A stretch of DNA of 64,000 bases from the human T2T-CHM13v2.0 reference genome, Homo sapiens. The position numbers and the translations under genes were made by a program. Location of the stretch: the NCBI RefSeq assembly GCF_009914755.1, contig NC_060925.1. The stretch is one strand, 5' to 3'. Positions 58,109-64,000 of this stretch are shown in pieces. How positions within the stretch are numbered: position 1 is the first letter of the stretch; each line of letters opens with the position of its first letter. The notes under the pieces were generated by a model that worked only from the letters and a program-made list of their open reading frames with translations, had not been told where the DNA came from and made no database searches.

Positions 58109-60659
58109 AGAACATTTTTGATTACTGATTCAGCCTCTTGACTTGTTAGTGACTTTCAGATTTTCTACTGCCTTATTATTCAGTCTTGATAGGTTATATG
58201 TATCTGGACATTTATTATCCATTTCTTCTAGGTTATCCAGTTTATTGGAGTATAATTATTCACAGTATTCTTGTATGATCCTTTATATTTCTCTGGCATC
58301 AGCATCATGTGCCTCCTCTCTCATTTCTGATTTTCTTAATTCTGCCCTCCACTTTTTTTTCTTTTGTCTAGATAAAGTTTTGCTAGTTTTATCTTAACAA
58401 AAAACACTTCTTGGTTTTGTTGAATTTTCTATTGTTTTGTTAGTCTCCATTTCACTTATTTCTACTCTAATCTTTATTATTTCCTTCCTTTTGCTAATGT
58501 TGTTTATTTTCTACATATTTTTAGATCTTTGAGACTTAAAGTTAGGTTGTTTGAGTTGTTTTATAATTTAGGTATTTATCACTATAAACTTTTTTCTTCG
58601 TACTGCTTTTACAGCATCTCATAAGTTTTGGTATATTGTGTGTTTTTATCTTTATTTTCCTCAAAATAGTTGCTGAATTCCCTTTTGATTTATTTTTTCT
58701 CTCTGTCTGTTTGGGGATGTGTTTTGATGTTTATGAATTTCCAACTTACCTTCTGTTAGTGATTTCTAGTTTTATATAATTGTGTTCAGATACTTGATAT
58801 GATTTCAGTTTTCTTAAATTTGTTAACATTTCTTTTATGGCGTAATAGGTGATCAATCACAGAGAATGTTTCATGTGCACTTGTAGGTAGCAAGGTTCTG
58901 AAGCAGGTTGGCTACTCACCCCTGCACATATGCTATGCAAAGATCAGGCCTCTAATTGGGAATGAGTGAGACTAGGAAATCTGGGACAATTGACTGAAAA
59001 GTTTAAAACCCCATATAACTCTGAATGTTCAGGCCTTGCAGAGGTGGTTCATTGTTTGAGGCAAGCATTATCTCCTTGTTGCAGATGATGAAAGTTCTCT
59101 GTTTTGAAAGCCAAACCTACTTTTCTCAAGATCTACACCCACAGGCTATTAAGTAGAAAAAAAATTACAGTATAACCCAGTTGAAGAATTTCTGAGTATA
59201 TTAAAAGAGGAAATAAGTAATTGTTCAAAGAAGCTGCAAAATCTAACCAAGCTGTACAGGAGTAAAGAAAGTACTATTGGATCAAGAAGTAACATGATAT
59301 ATGGAAGCACTTATGGATGTGTGAGTATTCTTCCTCTGCATGGGATTTCATCTGAAAAAACTTTAGAGCTGGTGTTAACACAGTGTCAGCTTAGTTTTTG
59401 GACGTTTAGAGAAAGTAATGAACTCTTAAGTGAAGCAGGAATGTCATAATTTCCATGTCAGATTCTGAGAAAGGAAATAAATGTCTCAAATATATTGGCA
59501 TGCTAGAATGGCTGCTATACTAGATAAAACCAGAAAACTAACCTGCAGTTTGTGTTCTGTATTAGAGCTGTGAGGACATGCTATTTACCAAAGCAGTAAG
59601 GAATGCACTGGTAAGAAGGACACCAGCATCACTGAGAAACTTACTATTGGGTGTCATCTACAAGCCAAAGTTGATGGTGGTAGATGCTGCTGCTATAGGG
59701 CTGGGTTTTCCAATAGTAAAGTAGTATATGATATCTCAAGTGGTAGAATCTAGGTGGGAGTACTTAACTATCAGAAGCAAAAATAACATTATTATCATAA
59801 TAAATGGTAAAAATCAAAGTGACACTCAGCAGCACATGACCCAAAGAGAGCTAAGGGGATGGTTAAAGCAATGTAATATCTCTATGGTCAAGGTCGATGG
59901 GAAGCTGACAAGGGCATTGCTCAATGTAATCAATCAAAAGAAATGAAAAGATGATGAAGAGGCTGAGGATAATCACTTTAAAAAGTCCTGTTTTCAAGCT
60001 GAAAAATTTAAAGAGCTGGGAATCTCTGACTGCTGTAGACACTGCAAGAAGAGGAATCCTGTCACACCACAATTTTCATGGTGACGTGTTCTCCATTACT
60101 TCCTCAAAACTACAGCCCTATATTTAGTTAATCATTCACCTGTGAATGGAACACACCCAGATATTTCAAGGATTGTTAGACACAAGATCCAATTTAACAT
60201 TGATACCCATAGACTCAAAGTGATTTCCTGTCCTATATTATAAATGAGAAAACATGGGGACAAGGTACATAATGAGGACTTGGCCCAGTTACAACTCACA
60301 GTGAGTTTATGTGGCACAGTAACTCAAAATGTATAACTAGAATGGACATATTGGTAATTATTATAAACGCCACATTGTTTCTTTGCCCTGGGAGGAAAGA
60401 GTTATTACTTGGGGGATTGCCAAGAAAAATCTTTTGCCACAGAAACCCTAGCCAAAATTAACCATCAAATCCAACTTGTATCTTGTAGAAAATAATTCTC
60501 CATGAAATTCTCTTTCCTTATGCTCATGCATTAGTAACCCATTTATTCAGCTTCATTTACCTTGTAAAAGATAGAAAATGTCTCCCTCCCCTCCTAGAGA
60601 AGTTTTGCTTACATTGCTGGGTAGTAAGGATAAGGTAGATGGAGCTCTGGGAGGCAGGA

Positions 60660-61044
60660 TATAAATTTTGTTGAAGTCTTAACATCTAGTATCTCAGAAT
60701 GTGACTGTATTTGGAGACAGAGATTTTAAAGAGATGACCAAACTAAAATGCAGCCATTACGGTGGGCCCTAATTTAGTACGACTGGCGTTCTTATTAAAA
60801 GCGGAAATTAAGAGACACAGGCAGACACCACAGACATGTGTGCACAGAGGGTCAACCATGTGAAGAGGTAGTAGGATGGCATCCATCTGCAAGGCAAGGC
60901 AAGGAGAGAAAATTCAGAAGAAACCAAACCTGAAGACACCTTAATATTGGACTTCTAGCCTCTAGAACTGTGAGACAGTAAATTTCTATTTTTTAAGCCA
61001 AGCAGCCTGATATTTTATTGTGGCAGTGCTAGCAAACTAATGCA
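60660..61044 (+). mobile_element. MLT1B-like LTR
   Basis: ctcagaatgtgactgtatttggagacag...ggtgggccctaat...ctagcaaactaatgca. Confidence 0.85.
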
Positions 61045-61789
61045 GAGGGTTTACATGGGCTCCCATTGACCAAGGTTGATTTCACTCTTACTGTCTGTAA
61101 TTTAACATCTTCTCTAGTGAGATCCATTAGCTACTTGATTGTATGCAGATTACATTGGATCTCTTCCACCCTTAACAGCACAAGGATTCATCTTGACTAG
61201 AACTTACATATATTCCAATAACACAACCTTTTTGGCCCACAAGACCTTGTCCAGCACTGTTAACCACTGGCTTACGAAGAATTTGATTCACTGACATAGA
61301 ATCTCTCATAACACTCCCCAATACACAAAATCCCTTAAAATGTAAAAGACTAGATGGTCTATTTTATAGCCAAGAAGGTGCAGCAATCAACACATGATTA
61401 CATATACTGGTTCAAGCACATACAGCACCATTCAAAATATCAACCTCATAAAATGATGTGTTGAAGCTACAACTGAGTTGCCCTCTTTTGTCATGCAAGG
61501 ATAGAATGCCATCCTCCAGGACACAGACTATACCTTTAATTAATGATCCTGATATGACGCTGTTTCTCTAGGAAACAAGAACCAAGGGATGGAGTAAGAG
61601 TGTCTCTTATTCTCAGTGATCCATCTCAGAAAATTTGTAGTCTATGACACTAAAACACTGATCTCTGCAGATTTAGATATTCCAGTCCCAGATAAGGAAT
61701 ACTTCTACCAGGCAAATCAAGTACCCCACTAAACATTGAGCTGCCATTTGATCACTTCAAGCAAGGAAAAATGTTATCACCTGTATTAA

Positions 61790-62454
61790 TGTATTAGTCA
61801 GGGTTCTCCAGAGAAACAAAACCAATAGGATAAACAGATGATATATAGAGATAGATAGATAGATAGATAGATAGACAGAGATAAATACATAGATGATAAA
61901 TAGATGATAGATATAGAATAGATAGATAGATAGATGGATAGATAGATAGATAGATAGATAGATAAAAGGCGATTTATAATGGGAATTGGCTCATGCAATA
62001 AGGCCAAGAAGTCCCACGATATGCTCTTTGGAAAGCTGGAGACCCAGGAAAGCCAGTGGTATAATTCAGTCTCAGTCAAACGGCTTGAGAATCAGAATAT
62101 TAAATGGTGTAACTCTCAGTCCAAGGCTGAATGCCTGAGAAAGGAATCGTGAGTGGGGTGCTAGTATAAGTCCCAGAGTCTGAAGTCCTGAGAACCTGAA
62201 GCTCTGTTGTCTAAAGAAAGGAGAAGATGAATGCCCCAGTTCCAGGAAAGAGAAGAAATTTGTGCTTTCTCTGCCTTTTAGTTCTTTTTGAGCTGCTGAC
62301 TGATTAGATGATGCCTGGCATGAGAGTGCGTTTTCTTACAGAGTCTACTGATTGAAATGCTAATCTCTCACAGATACACTCAGAAATTACATATCACCAG
62401 CTATCTGGATATCCCTTAACCCAATCAGATTAACACATGAATTTAACCATCACA
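61790..62454 (-). mobile_element. MLT2 (ERVL) solo LTR
   Basis: tgtattagtcagggttctccagagaaac...ttaaccatcaca termini. Confidence 0.9.
61845..61964 (+). repeat. Compound (GATA)n tetranucleotide microsatellite
   Basis: Directly visible, inside MLT2. Confidence 0.95.
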
Positions 62455-62822
62455 CCATTCCAGCAGGTAGGCTGTTGTTTTACAATAGGGAAAAATTTGG
62501 CATACAGGTGATGCCTTGTATTCCTCTTATAATTCCTTTTCCTTACCACTCGGGAGTCCCTGTCCAGACATTGCCTTCAGGAGATGTAAACTACTTTACT
62601 CAAACTCACACTCCAATTTCAAAGGCTGCCTCCATCTAAAGACTAGTGCATATAGAATATGAAGGCCTGGAAGAACTATTTCTTCAGGGAAGGATAACTA
62701 TGAAAGGCCATACCAGATCTAGTAACTTCATATGCTATTAGCTGAGGTCTTTGTTGCAATACTTCTCAGTTCCACTTCTTTCTCTCCTTAATCTCCCTGT
62801 TTGGTTTCTCCAATGTTGTTAA

Positions 62823-63254
<432 letters not shown>

Positions 63255-64000
63255 ATAAACAGTGTTTATTAACGAACTCTGATGTATGTTCTCTATTTTG
63301 CTTACTACTAATGATGACCTGTATCAGAGACTTCTGTTTTGAAGTATGTAAGGTTTTCTGAATTAGCCATTAGTATAAGTACTGACACAGAATCCACTGC
63401 TTCTCTGAGCAAATTGCCTATCCTTTCATAGCATCAGCCCACAGAAGTGTAAAACTGACAAAACATCTTTTCAAATGAATTTGCCGAGGCTTCAGACAAA
63501 AGACAGAGGTAGACGGAATATGGTTCACACAAGAGAGAAATAGATTTTCTGCTTTGACTGCTTGTAGAGAACTTGAGATGATAAATGAGCTATGACAACA
63601 GAATCTGTTACTTTCAGAGAAAATATCTCTGTCTTATTTATCTTTTCATCAAAATATTGAAAATATTTGAAGAGGATTCAAGAATCTGCTTATAACAATA
63701 CTTATGTTTTCTCCATCTTACCTATAGTTCAAAATTAAATGATATATGATATGATACAGATTATCATAGCTATATTTTTAGTGTTTTATAATAGACATTA
63801 CTTTATCCTTCATTCTTCATACATTTATATACATTCCTTATATGATTACTGATTTTTCATTTTTATTTTTCCATTTTTATTTATCTTCATGTTAATTACT
63901 TCACAAGTATATTTTGTTGTTTGTTATTATAAAGTTCACAATCTTCATGGTCTAGTTCACAGAATCAATCTAAACCTCTTAGCAAAAAAGAAAAGAAAAT

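Overview
64 kb of AT-rich, CpG-poor primate (very likely human) non-coding DNA: a gene desert or deep intron. I find no host exon, RNA gene, CpG island or CRISPR array, and no convincing previously undescribed system. The dominant feature is a full-length ~6.1 kb LINE-1 on the minus strand (32111-38192) with a perfect target-site duplication. Its proteins are L1HS-type but its 3' UTR carries the older GAG diagnostic. ORF1 and ORF2 are disabled, while the antisense ORF0 and an 847-aa RT-containing reading frame remain open. Other content: about 12 Alus, MaLR/ERVL/ERV1 LTRs (THE1C/D, MST, MLT1, MLT2, MER52), two decayed ERV-L internal remnants with readable gag/PR/RNaseH/IN motifs, an Hsmar1 mariner fossil with one intact TIR, Tigger and hAT elements, old L1M/L2/MIR fragments, a 300-bp G-run tract and several microsatellites. 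The best unexplained signals are a 31-bp inverted repeat pair (2025-2371), the G-run tract and a motif-dense non-repetitive block (~23.9-24.5 kb) that looks like an enhancer. Repeat subfamily names come from recalled consensus sequences, not a database search, and boundaries of old elements are approximate.
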